DNA of 64,000 nucleotides. It comes from an uncultured bacterium (GTDB lineage Bacteria; Patescibacteriota; Saccharimonadia; UBA4664). This document shows, one piece after another, positions 8,300-19,164 of this stretch (positions within the stretch are counted from its first letter, which is position 1; every line of letters starts with the position of its first letter). A program made the translations under genes and the position numbers. Below the pieces are notes generated by a model, which was given only the letters and a program-made list of their open reading frames with translations, was not told where the DNA came from and searched no databases. The stretch is taken from assembly GCA_963740635.1 (NCBI GenBank), contig CAVUEQ010000003.1, positions 97,350 through 161,349 of the forward strand, given 5' to 3'.

Positions 8300-9061
8300 C
8301 TAGTCCAGTTTTTCGAGGATGTCGGGTGGGATGTCGAAATTGGCGAACGTTCCGGTGACGTCGTCGAGGTCGTCGAGGGCGTCCATGAGGCGCATGAGCT
8401 TGCGGGCGGCGTCCGGGTCAGTGATGGCGACGGGGGTGTTGGGCTCGAACGACAGCTCGGCCTTTTCGATCTGGTGGCTTTTGGCGGCGAGGGCACGGCG
8501 AACGTGGTCGAGGTCGGTGGGGACGGTGTAAACAATGAGGCTCCCCTCCTCCGCCTCGGCGGATCTTCGACCTTCTTCGACGTCCTCGGCGCCGGCTTCG
8601 ATGGCGTCCATGGTGGCGGCTTCGAGGTCCTTGGCCTCGACGACGATGACGCCGCGCTGGGTAAACTGGTAGCTCACGCTGCCCGGCGTGCCGAGGCTGC
8701 CGCCGTGCTTGGTGAAGGCGCTGCGGACTTCGGGAGCGGTGCGGTTGCGGTTGTCGGTGGCGGTTTCCACGATGATGGCGGCGCCGCCGGGGCCGTAGCC
8801 CTCGTAGGTGATTTCTTCGAAGGTGCCGCCGCCATCCTGGCCTGCGCCGCGCTTGATGGCGCGCTCGATGTTGGCGTTGGGCACGCCGGATTTGCGCGCC
8901 AAGTCGACGGCCAGGCGGAGTTTGAAGTTGGTTTCCGGATCGCCACCGGCGCGAGCAGCCACGGAAATGAGGTTGGCGAACTTGGTGAAGCTGGCGCCGC
9001 GACGGGCGTCTTTGATGCCTTTTTGGTGCTTAATGGAAGCCCATTTGGAGTGTCCGGACAT
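8300..9061 (-). CDS. YebC/PmpR family DNA-binding transcriptional regulator
   Basis: MSGHSKWASIKHQKG..DARRG..F.K is the invariant YebC N-terminus. 253 aa. Confidence 0.92.
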   Translation of the reverse strand: MSGHSKWASIKHQKGIKDARRGASFTKFANLISVAARAGGDPETNFKLRLAVDLARKSGVPNANIERAIKRGAGQDGGGTFEEITYEGYGPGGAAIIVETATDNRNRTAPEVRSAFTKHGGSLGTPGSVSYQFTQRGVIVVEAKDLEAATMDAIEAGAEDVEEGRRSAEAEEGSLIVYTVPTDLDHVRRALAAKSHQIEKAELSFEPNTPVAITDPDAARKLMRLMDALDDLDDVTGTFANFDIPPDILEKLD

Positions 9062-9266
9062 GATGGTTTCTCGCGCGTTAATCTGTCAGGCGGCCTCATT
9101 ATACCAAAGGAATACTGTGACCGCCCCTAACTATCACCCGACTTGTGTTTGTCGAGAACCGCCTGCATGTATCTATTAACCTCTTGTACTGCGTCGTCGT
9201 CGAGGTCTGGAACCCCAAAGCCCGCTTCCTCGGCCTGGGCCATACCCTGTCGCAGCAATTCGACGG

Positions 9267-9596
9267 CTACTGTGTTGGCGTCGCAGGGAGCGTTGGTGTT
9301 GGTTTGAGCGAATTCAGTTCCGCTCTGAGTGCCTGGATTTCCGCTTGATTTTTGTCAGACTGCTCGCGATAGGTTTGGTTGTTGAAGTGTAGCTGGTCAA
9401 CTACCATCGCACAGACTGCTACGACAATGCCCACCAGAGTGACAAGCGCAACAAACACAACAGCATAGACAAGCGTCTCGATGTTAGCAAAACGCCTTTC
9501 GTTGCGTTGCTGGGCAGTTGGAGTGAGGCTGTCAGCGGGGATTGGGACTAGGCCTTCCCCGCTCGCCTCCTCGATCACCTCCTCAGTGTTTGGCAT
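9267..9596 (-). CDS. hypothetical single-pass membrane protein (109 aa)
   Basis: Acidic N-terminus, one TM helix (LVYAVVFVALVTLVGIVVAVCAMVV) and a coiled-coil-like tail. Start overlaps the upstream stop (ATGA). Confidence 0.5.
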   Translation of the reverse strand: MPNTEEVIEEASGEGLVPIPADSLTPTAQQRNERRFANIETLVYAVVFVALVTLVGIVVAVCAMVVDQLHFNNQTYREQSDKNQAEIQALRAELNSLKPTPTLPATPTQ

Positions 9597-9844
9597 CAGG
9601 TATATATTCCTCTAATAACCCATTTTTCGGGTGTTTTCTCTACCTGCAGGCTCTTTCCAAGATATTGAAATAGGTCTATTCCGCCGAACGCTACGCCTCG
9701 AGAGAACTTGACGCCGGGTCCAAATTCTACTCCGCCGATCTGAATGCGCCGAATCGGCTCCAATGCACCATCTGTGCCGAGCTTAAAAACCTCCCAAAAA
9801 GTGGCGCGCTCCATAATATTTTCAGTATATCTTAGTCGAGGCAT
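9596..9844 (-). CDS. hypothetical protein (82 aa)
   Basis: GAGGAA lies 6 nt upstream of the ATG. Co-directional with and downstream of comEC. Lower GC. Confidence 0.45.
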   Translation of the reverse strand: MPRLRYTENIMERATFWEVFKLGTDGALEPIRRIQIGGVEFGPGVKFSRGVAFGGIDLFQYLGKSLQVEKTPEKWVIRGIYT

Positions 9845-9896
9845 ATTTGTTTCCTCATCTTAGCGAACAATTCCCGAACAAGCAAGCTCGAGAGTT

Positions 9897-11318
9897 TTAG
9901 CCTCGGACCGGTTCGAGGAGGTGGGAGCTGGCTTTTTCGGTGCGGCCGCGGCGGGAGTTGGCGGTTTTGACGGAAATGGTGCCGGCCAGGACAATGGCGT
10001 ACATGGCGAGCATTACGGGCATGGTGATGTGGTCGGTGCGGCCGGCCCAAGGGAGGGCGGCGAATTGGTCGATGACGGCGGTGATGAAGCCAAGGACCAG
10101 CATGGCCGGCCAGGCGATCCAGCCCGCAAAGGCCGGGATGAGCATGCCGGCCATGCCCGCGGCGAAACTGACGGCCATGGCCAGCGGCACCATTGGCAGC
10201 ACGACCAGGTTAGACAGCGGCGACACGATGGAGAGCTGGCCGAAGATGTAGAGAATGAGCGGCAGGGTAAGAACTTGGGCGGTGGTGGATTCGATGAACA
10301 GCCGGATAATGACGGATTTGGGATGGTGCAGGCGGGCTTCGATGGCGGGCGCGAGCACCAGGATGCCGAAGAAGGCCAAGAATGACAGCAGCCACCCGAG
10401 ATCGGTGAGGTAGGCCGGGCCGAAGGCGGCGGTGGCACCGGCGGCGATGAGGATGAGGGTGAGCGGGTTGAAGCGCAGGCCGTAGAAACTAGCGAGCAGG
10501 CTGAGGACGCTCACAAGGCTGGCGCGGACGATGGAGGCGGAGGCGCCGGTGACAATCAGGAACCCGGCGATGAGCCACAGGCTGGTAACCAGCGCCACCC
10601 CGCGGCCGGCGCGCTTAAGGGCGCGATCGACGGCGGCGATGATGATGGTGAGGTTGTAGCCGGATACCGCCACGAGATGGCTGAGGCCCACGAGGGCGAG
10701 CTCGGTCTGCATGGGTTTGGGGATGAGCGCGCGGATGCCTACGAGCAGGCCGAGGCCGAAGCTGGCCAGGGGCTCGGGCAGGGCGGTGCGCACGCCGGTG
10801 AAGAAGCGCTGGCGGAATTGTTCGAGGGGGTCCTGGGCGGTGGAGAGAGTTTCGATTTTGGGGAAGCTGAGCTCGGCAACGGCATTGCCGAAGCCGGGTT
10901 TGACTTTGCCGGTGGCCCGCACGCGGTAGCCGCGCTGGAGGTGGACCGGGTAGCTATGGACGCTGAGGGTGCCGGGGATGCGGCCGCCGGCATTGAGGCC
11001 GCCGAGTTTGAAGTCGACCTGGCCCGTTGTTGGATTTACAGCGGGGTCGTCGGCGACCGTGCCGGTGACAGTGACCGCTTGGCCGATGAGGGCCGTGAGC
11101 TGGGCGCGGTCACCGGCCCAGGCCGTAGCGCGCCACAGGCCGAGCGACAGCGCCGCGAGCATGAGGCAGCCCAGCAGCAGGCGGCTGCGGCGCGCGAACA
11201 GGCCGGCGGCCAGAGCGACGGCCAGCGCTTCGGGCCCGGCCTGTATCCCCGCGCGCCCGAGCGCCACCCCGGCGATCAGGGCGCCAAAAACCAAACTGAT
11301 CTGGGTGGTGCGTTTCAC
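9897..11318 (-). CDS. comEC: ComEC/Rec2 family competence membrane protein
   Basis: 473-aa polytopic protein with the ..GLSHLVAVSGYNLTII.. competence-domain motif. Confidence 0.85.
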   Translation of the reverse strand: MKRTTQISLVFGALIAGVALGRAGIQAGPEALAVALAAGLFARRSRLLLGCLMLAALSLGLWRATAWAGDRAQLTALIGQAVTVTGTVADDPAVNPTTGQVDFKLGGLNAGGRIPGTLSVHSYPVHLQRGYRVRATGKVKPGFGNAVAELSFPKIETLSTAQDPLEQFRQRFFTGVRTALPEPLASFGLGLLVGIRALIPKPMQTELALVGLSHLVAVSGYNLTIIIAAVDRALKRAGRGVALVTSLWLIAGFLIVTGASASIVRASLVSVLSLLASFYGLRFNPLTLILIAAGATAAFGPAYLTDLGWLLSFLAFFGILVLAPAIEARLHHPKSVIIRLFIESTTAQVLTLPLILYIFGQLSIVSPLSNLVVLPMVPLAMAVSFAAGMAGMLIPAFAGWIAWPAMLVLGFITAVIDQFAALPWAGRTDHITMPVMLAMYAIVLAGTISVKTANSRRGRTEKASSHLLEPVRG

Positions 11319-11387
11319 TCGGCGATTATGGCCTTACTAAGGGCCAATCGCAAGCACAAGCGGCGAGGCGCGAACATTAGAATAAGT

Positions 11388-12186
11388 TTATCTGAGTAGC
11401 GGGAATATGGCGTCCGCGCCGCCCGTAAGCTCGCCGTGAACAACAGAGTTAGTAATTAAGTAGTCGTGGTTTCGGTAATCGTAAGTATTTTGGCCAATGT
11501 TGGTGGCTACCCCGCCGGCTTCGCTGACCAACAGTGAGCCAGGAGCAAAATCCCAATCCGCGCCATAGGGTTCAAGCCCGATGCGGCCCTCGAGCTTCCC
11601 GGAAGCAATCATGGCAAATTCAAAGCCGCAGTTAAGAGTAGCGATGATGTTGGCTTGCCCTCTGACCTGGAGGTATTTCGCGTTGTTCTGCGGCTTATCG
11701 AGCTTGGTCTCAAAAGAAATCATACCGTGTTTCAGCCCGCGTTCGCTAACGGAAATTCTTTTTCCGTTACAGAATGCGCCGCCGCCCCGGGTAGCCCAAT
11801 ACGTGTCATCGCGGACAAAGTCGTGAATAACTGACAGCACTACCTGGCCATTTTCAATGAGCGCGACCATCGTTGTGCAGAAGGGCAGGCCCCGGGTGAA
11901 ATGTGAGGTCCCGTCGATTGGGTCAACCAACCAGGTGGTTTCGGCCTGAGCCTGAACGCCAAACTCTTCGCCCCTGAAGCCAATGTCTGCGGAAAACTTG
12001 CCGAGCTCCACTGACTAGAAATCGCTCGGTCCGGTGATCAAGCTCCGTAACAACGCCACCGACACCGAATCCGTCGCCCTTACTTTTTGACTCTACTTTG
12101 CCAAAATGCAGCTTTAATTCTTGCCCCGCTGTGACGACTGCGGCCCGGGTGATTTTGAGGGCTTGATCTAGATCTTTGTCAGTCAT
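11388..12186 (-). pseudogene. inositol monophosphatase (SuhB/IMPase) family gene interrupted by a +1 frameshift near 12008-12012
   Basis: ORF 11923-12186 gives the N-terminus ..VVTELDHRTERFLVS. ORF 11388-12011 continues ELGKF..GEEFG..WLVDPIDGT... Removing one G from AGTGGAG restores a single IMPase reading frame. Confidence 0.8.
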
Positions 12187-12388
12187 TATTTCCCGGTGGG
12201 GCGGGCGTAGCCGATGAAGAACAGGCCGCAGATGGCGATAGTGTAGAGGATGGCCGCGAGAATTAGGTAAAGCATGAGGGCATTATACAGGGTCAGGGGG
12301 TGGGTTTACCCGAATAAGGCGAAAGCATGGTATCCGCAGACGATCACGGCCGGGATCACGTAGCCATTGCGCTCATTGTAGCAAAGTA

Positions 12389-12649
12389 TTAGTAGTGGTA
12401 TCGACAAGCGATTACGCGGACGTCGTCATCATCAACGAAGTAGACTAAACGATGCTCATCCGTAATTCTGCGTGACCAGGCGCCTGAAAGCTCGTGCCGC
12501 AGCGGTTCCGGCTTGCCGATACCGGCGAAAGGGTCGCGCTGGCAATCTTTCAGGAGCTGGTTGATTTTCTTTAAGACTTGCTTGTCGTGAGATTGCCAAT
12601 AGAGGTAATCTTCCCACCCTTCAGCGGTGAAGCTCATGGTTTTGCTCAT
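12389..12649 (-). CDS. yoeB: Txe/YoeB family toxin (mRNA interferase)
   Basis: 86 aa. ..WEDYLYWQ..DKK..KKIN.LLKD..R.PF.GIGKPEPL...LSG.WSRRI..EHRLVY.. is the YoeB pattern. It overlaps the antitoxin gene by 4 nt. Confidence 0.92.
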   Translation of the reverse strand: MSKTMSFTAEGWEDYLYWQSHDKQVLKKINQLLKDCQRDPFAGIGKPEPLRHELSGAWSRRITDEHRLVYFVDDDDVRVIACRYHY

Positions 12650-12900
12650 GATTGCTGGAGATCGTGCTTTTCTACTTTACCCGCGCGCGCGCTTTTCAGT
12701 GACCGCCGCAACCGCTCCGCGTTGGCTGGGCCGCGCAGCAAGTAGTCGGTTTCAGCATAAGAGTTGTAGGTCGCCAGCGGAAGCACCACGACGGAGACGT
12801 TATCGGAGCGGGTCACGACCAGGGGCTCTTGGTCTTGGTCGACCTCGTCAACGTACCGCTTGAGGTCTTTGCGGAAATCAGATGTGGATGCGATTTTCAT
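12646..12900 (-). CDS. yefM: Phd/YefM family antitoxin
   Basis: 84 aa. ..FRKDLKRYVDEV..DQEPLVVTR.. and the C-terminal ..TDYLLRGPANAERL match YefM. Confidence 0.9.
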   Translation of the reverse strand: MKIASTSDFRKDLKRYVDEVDQDQEPLVVTRSDNVSVVVLPLATYNSYAETDYLLRGPANAERLRRSLKSARAGKVEKHDLQQS

Positions 12901-12909
12901 AGTACGGTA

Positions 12910-12933
12910 TATTGTACTTTTTTGAGTACAATA
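12910..12933. promoter_or_regulatory. candidate YefM-YoeB operator (9-bp inverted repeat with GTAC cores)
   Basis: TATTGTACT-tttttg-AGTACAATA lies immediately upstream of the yefM ATG (12900). Confidence 0.5.
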
Positions 12934-12959
12934 CTGTCAAGACCGCATTAATAATTCCA

Positions 12960-13036
12960 TGGAGGGCCCAGTGGGACTCGAACCCACGACACGCTGCTTA
13001 AAAGGCAGCTGCTCTAACCAACTGAGCTATGGGCCC
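12960..13036 (-). tRNA. tRNA-Lys (anticodon UUU), CCA encoded
   Basis: The reverse complement folds as GGGCCCA/TGGGCCC acceptor, GCTC..GAGC D-arm, GCTGC-CTTTTAA-GCAGC anticodon arm and GTGGG-TTCGAGT-CCCAC T-arm. Confidence 0.9.
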
Positions 13037-13058
13037 ACGCGAGATGGACCGGTATATT

Positions 13059-13304
13059 CTAGCGTTTGCGGCGCTTTCCGTCTATACCGCCCTCCTGATC
13101 AATGCTGAGAATGCGGTCAACAGTGGAGTTGAGTTTGCGGTTGAACTCGGCCTGTTCGTCGAGCTGCCGCTTTTGGCGCCGGAGCTCGGCTTGTTGCTTG
13201 CGGATATAGGCTGTAACTGCGATTGTGGCGGCCACCAAAATCACGATGAAGGTGACTTCACCCTCTTCGAGAGGCAGGTCAACGATGGCTAGCGGGATAA
13301 TCAT
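13059..13304 (-). CDS. hypothetical small membrane protein (81 aa)
   Basis: One TM helix (VTFIVILVAATIAVTAYI) followed by a charged coiled-coil tail. Confidence 0.45.
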   Translation of the reverse strand: MIIPLAIVDLPLEEGEVTFIVILVAATIAVTAYIRKQQAELRRQKRQLDEQAEFNRKLNSTVDRILSIDQEGGIDGKRRKR

Positions 13305-13324
13305 GCACTAATTGTACGCCTGAT

Positions 13325-13807
13325 CTAGTGGCTTTTGTGCTCGCCGCGCATGAATCCGAAGACCAGAGCTGCCACGGGGAGCAGGCCGAGCAGCCAAAGG
13401 TAGTATTGCTGGAGGTTTTGAGCTAGAAATGAATCGTTGTCAATGGCGGACATTTGGCTGACGGGCAGCAGGCGCAGGGCGCTGGCCACGATGAGGGCGC
13501 CGGTAAACAGGCCCACGATGAGGTTGGCGATGAAAGCGCCTTTATCATGGGATTTTTTGTGGGCGATGCCGACCACGCCGAAGATTACGATGGGCAGGCC
13601 GAAGAGCAGCCAGCTCACCTGGTCGGGGCCGAGCATTTTGAGGCTGGGAGCGACGATGCCGGCCAGTTGCTGGGCCAGCACAATGCCCACATATACGCTG
13701 AGGATGAGGATGCGCAGGCGCTGCTTGCCGGCGATGAGGCCGTACAGCATTACGAGCACCATGACGGCGATGATGATCGTGTTGACGTTGAGGGCGGGTA
13801 GTTGCAT
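13325..13807 (-). CDS. CvpA-like integral membrane protein (tentative)
   Basis: About 160 aa with 4 TM helices in an arrangement resembling CvpA. The track ORF was trimmed to the ATG at 13807 (MQLPALN..). Confidence 0.4.
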   Translation of the reverse strand: MQLPALNVNTIIIAVMVLVMLYGLIAGKQRLRILILSVYVGIVLAQQLAGIVAPSLKMLGPDQVSWLLFGLPIVIFGVVGIAHKKSHDKGAFIANLIVGLFTGALIVASALRLLPVSQMSAIDNDSFLAQNLQQYYLWLLGLLPVAALVFGFMRGEHKSH

Positions 13808-13948
13808 TTTTGCGCTTATGCTTAGGTTCCAGTATAGCATTCGCGCCGGAGGAGGATTAAATGATCAAAATTTCGCGATTCGGAAAAATGTCGGCATTTC
13901 TAATATGTAACAAATTAGATATTTGCTTGCGCGAACGTAATTTTAATT

Positions 13949-15076
13949 TTAACGCTTGAAGAAGCCCTTTTTGGCGTGGCCGGATTCGGAGGCGAATTGC
14001 TCAAGTAGCTCGCGCTGTTTGGCGGAGAGCTTGGTGGGGATGTCGACCTCGACCGTTACAAGGTGGTCGCCGCGGCTGCGGCCGCCCAGGCCCGGGACGC
14101 CGCGGCCGGAGAGCTTGAAGACCTTGCCGCTTTGGGTGCCGGCCGGGATTTTGAGAGTGACGGGGCCGTCGACGGTTTCGATTTTGACCTCGGTGCCGAG
14201 CGCGGCGTCGACCATGGGGATGGTGGCCTCACTGAGGATATCGCGGCCGTCACGTTCGAAGCGGCGGTCGGCGCGCACGCGGATTTGGACGTACAGGTCG
14301 CCCTTGGGGCCGCCGCCTTTGGGCGCCGCGCCCTGGCCGGACAGGCGCATGGTGGCGCCGTCGTCGACGCCGGCCGGGATTTTGATGTCCAGGGATTTGG
14401 CCCGGCGGAGCACGCCGGCGCCGCGGCAGACGGTGCACGGCTGCTCGGGGATCTGCCCGCGGCCGGAGCAATTGGAGCAGACGCTGGTTTGCTGCATGGC
14501 GCCCAGGATGGTCTGCTGCACGCGGGTGACTTGGCCGCGGCCGTTGCAGGTGGGGCAGGTTTTGAGCTTGGTGCCGGGTTCGGCGCCGTTGCCGTGGCAA
14601 TGTTCGCAGGCGTCGTCGAGGGTGACCGAAATTTTCTTGCCGGTGCCAAATACGGCCTCGGCAAACTCGATGGTGACGCTGACCTCCAGATCGCGGCCAC
14701 GGGCCGGGCCGCGAGAACCGCCACCGCCGGCGCCGCCCATGAATTGGTTGAGGATGTCCGAGAAATCGAAGCCGGCGCCGCCGCCAAAGTCGAAGCCGCC
14801 GAAGCCCTGGGCGCCACCCGCGCCGCCGCCCGCTCCCCCGCCGCCAAACGGGTTGCCCTGGGCACCAGCGTGGCCAAATTGGTCGTAGCCCGCGCGCTTT
14901 TGGTCATCTTTGAGCGTTTCGTAGGCCTCGCCCAGCTCTTTGAATTTGGCGTCGTCCCCGCCGTGCTTGTCGGGGTGGTGCTCCATGGCGAGCTTGCGGT
15001 AGGCACGCTTAATTTCGTCGGCCGAGGCCGACTTGCTTACCCCTAATACTTCGTAATAATCACGCTTCGTCGCCAT
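13949..15076 (-). CDS. dnaJ: molecular chaperone DnaJ
   Basis: J-domain (..YYEVLGV..HPDK..), G/F-rich region and four CxxCxGxG zinc-finger motifs. Confidence 0.95.
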   Translation of the reverse strand: MATKRDYYEVLGVSKSASADEIKRAYRKLAMEHHPDKHGGDDAKFKELGEAYETLKDDQKRAGYDQFGHAGAQGNPFGGGGAGGGAGGAQGFGGFDFGGGAGFDFSDILNQFMGGAGGGGSRGPARGRDLEVSVTIEFAEAVFGTGKKISVTLDDACEHCHGNGAEPGTKLKTCPTCNGRGQVTRVQQTILGAMQQTSVCSNCSGRGQIPEQPCTVCRGAGVLRRAKSLDIKIPAGVDDGATMRLSGQGAAPKGGGPKGDLYVQIRVRADRRFERDGRDILSEATIPMVDAALGTEVKIETVDGPVTLKIPAGTQSGKVFKLSGRGVPGLGGRSRGDHLVTVEVDIPTKLSAKQRELLEQFASESGHAKKGFFKR

Positions 15077-15704
15077 CGCCAGTCTCTTGCTTCTCGCCCT
15101 CGGTCCCCGCTGCCTCGGCTTTGTCGAAAATCTTAATCAATTGCCCGTCGGTGTAGGTCTGCCACTCACCGGCCTGGCGGGCGAGGCCCCAGGTGAGCGA
15201 ATCTTTGCTGGCCAGAATTTTGACCCGAGCTCCCCGGCTCTTCACCACCTCGACGGCTGGTGTGAGGTCGGCGTCGGAGCTCCAAATCACCAGGGTTTTG
15301 TCGTGCTCGGAGTCCACAACCAAGTCGACGGCCAGGCGCACGTCCACGCCCTTTTCGCGGAACACCGCCTCCTGATGGCCGCAGTTTTTGCAGACAATGC
15401 CATCGCGGGCCCGCAGCCGCCCAGCTTTGACGATCTCAATCCCCTCCTCGATCAGATGGTTGGTCCACAGCGCGGTCCAGGCAATCATGTCTTGCGAACG
15501 CTTTTCCATGTCCTCGTCGGTTTTGACCACCTGCAGGGTGGTGGTGTAGTACTTAATTTTGACGTCTTTGGCGCGGATGAGTTGCTGGATGAGCTCCACC
15601 ACGTTGACCTTGAGCAGGTCCTCGCGCGACTTGAGCCGGCCCGAGCGGCGCAATACGTCCATGAGTTGGTGAACGACGTTTTCGCCGTCTAGGTAAACGA
15701 TCAT
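15060..15704 (-). CDS. NYN (LabA-like, PIN-related) domain protein
   Basis: MIVYLDGENV.. N-terminus and ..VIWSSDADLTPAVEVVKSRGARVKIL.. are NYN hallmarks. The 3' end overlaps the dnaJ start by 17 nt. Confidence 0.7.
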   Translation of the reverse strand: MIVYLDGENVVHQLMDVLRRSGRLKSREDLLKVNVVELIQQLIRAKDVKIKYYTTTLQVVKTDEDMEKRSQDMIAWTALWTNHLIEEGIEIVKAGRLRARDGIVCKNCGHQEAVFREKGVDVRLAVDLVVDSEHDKTLVIWSSDADLTPAVEVVKSRGARVKILASKDSLTWGLARQAGEWQTYTDGQLIKIFDKAEAAGTEGEKQETGDGDEA

Positions 15705-15813
15705 ACTGGCTCCACCTTACATGCGCCCGCCGCGAAACAAAAGCCCCGCGAGGCTGGACTCCAAGCGGGGTGACTTGAGTCCAGATTAATGCTGTTGGCA
15801 CTAGAAGTCAATG

Positions 15814-16632
15814 TCACCGGCCGAGCTCCGTGGGCCGTGGTTCCAGCCGGCGCTCCAGGCGCTTAACGTCTTCGGCCTTGGGCAAATGCTCGGGCCGGAT
15901 GCCGCGCTCGCCCAGCGCCCGGCGGACGGCTTGGTTGTTACTGACGTGCTCGCCCTTAATGGGCTGCTTGCCGGTGAGGTCTTTTTCGAGCGTGTTGACG
16001 GTGGTCATTTCGGCGGCGAGGTCTTTGGCCTTGAGCGTAATGGTGGGGACGTAATCGGCCAGCGGCTGTGTGGCCTTGATGCCAAGCCGGTGCTTCATGC
16101 TGGCGGTATTGTGCCCGCCAAATAGCGCCTGGTCGCCGGCGCCGCGGATTTCGGCAATGCCGGGCTGGTCGACCCCACGGTCCACGACCACGCCGGAGAA
16201 GCGCTTTTCGGTCTCGCGGAGTTTATTGCGGGCTTCGAGACGTTCCGTATCACGCTTGTGCTTTTCGGCCAACTCCTGGCGGCGGGTCTGCGAGGCGAAG
16301 TAAGTCTGCGCGAGGGCGATGGCCCGCTTGCGCGGATCGCCGTTTTGGGCAATGAGGTAGCAGGCGTAGCGGGTGAGAGCGATGTCGTCGATCTCAAATT
16401 GAGCGCCTTTGCCGCGACTGGTCATCTTCCTGGCGCCGGGAAATTGATCGGCGACATTATGGCCGGACTCTGCGCACGCGGCTTTGGCTTTGTCGATGAT
16501 TTTGACGAAGTTTTCCCACTTGCTGTATCCGAGCAGCGGCATTAGCTCGCGGGCCGACCAAAATTCGGCCCCGTTTTTGGTGTGCTTGATGGCTTCAAAA
16601 CTGGCTTGTGTGGCTTCGATTTTCTGGTCCAA
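15814..16632 (-). CDS. dinD: DNA-damage-inducible protein D (DinD) family protein
   Basis: 272 aa. ..FEAIKHTKNGAEFWSARELMPLLGYSKWENF..IDKAKAACAESGHNV.DQF resembles E. coli DinD over its N-terminus. Confidence 0.75.
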   Translation of the reverse strand: MDQKIEATQASFEAIKHTKNGAEFWSARELMPLLGYSKWENFVKIIDKAKAACAESGHNVADQFPGARKMTSRGKGAQFEIDDIALTRYACYLIAQNGDPRKRAIALAQTYFASQTRRQELAEKHKRDTERLEARNKLRETEKRFSGVVVDRGVDQPGIAEIRGAGDQALFGGHNTASMKHRLGIKATQPLADYVPTITLKAKDLAAEMTTVNTLEKDLTGKQPIKGEHVSNNQAVRRALGERGIRPEHLPKAEDVKRLERRLEPRPTELGR

Positions 16633-16703
16633 TGTGATTCCCCCTACGCGTTATTCTGCCCTTAGTGTAGCACGTTTTGAGGCTAAAAGCGAACTAAAAC
16701 CGA

Positions 16704-17150
16704 TCATTTCCATAACCCTTGTTCGCGTAAGAAGATGCGACTACACAGAGAATCCTGCTCGGCGGCAGCGAGGAGGATTTTGGGGTCGTCAGCCATTTTG
16801 AAGGCGGAATACTGGGTGATGGAAGGGTCGGATTGCGGGACTTTGGGATTGCCCTTTACGAGCCGGACCTCGTACTCCATAAGGTGCAGGCGATAGCCGG
16901 GCCGCTCACCGCGGTCATCGCCGACGTAGCGGACGATTTCGACATCCACACCGAGCTTGGCTTGGCCGCCGCGGACCACGGCTGCTTCTGGGCTTTCGCC
17001 TGGCTTGGCCGCCAGCGAGGGCAAACCCCAGATGCCGGGCAGGCTGATGGTGTCATCGGGTCGCTTAACGGCCGAGAACCGGCCGGCGTCGTCCCGCCAC
17101 CAGAAGGCGACGGTGGTGACGGTGGGCAGCGAGTCCTGGGCGGCGGTCAT
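16704..17150 (-). CDS. Nudix-fold protein with degenerate Nudix box
   Basis: ..GIWGLPSLAAKPGESPEAAVVRGGQAKLGV.. fits Gx5Ex7 but lacks the REUxEE glutamates. The gene abuts the dnaK stop codon. Confidence 0.5.
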   Translation of the reverse strand: MTAAQDSLPTVTTVAFWWRDDAGRFSAVKRPDDTISLPGIWGLPSLAAKPGESPEAAVVRGGQAKLGVDVEIVRYVGDDRGERPGYRLHLMEYEVRLVKGNPKVPQSDPSITQYSAFKMADDPKILLAAAEQDSLCSRIFLREQGLWK

Positions 17151-19102
<1,952 letters not shown>

Positions 19103-19164
19103 GTATTTGGATCTCCTACTGCTTATGTTTGGCACTCACTAATACGGGGTGCTGATATGGCAGT

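Noticed and set aside
8204-9130. 308-aa plus-strand ORF covering the yebC-family gene
   Set aside because: It is antisense to a confidently identified YebC gene. Its Gly/Val/Ala/Asp-rich translation has no motifs. Its 5' part also lies over the riboswitch-like leader, which belongs to the minus strand.
13956-15046. Three ORFs over 300 aa overlapping dnaJ in other frames or on the other strand
   Set aside because: These are high-GC frame artefacts. Only the DnaJ frame shows the J-domain, G/F region and CxxCxGxG repeats.
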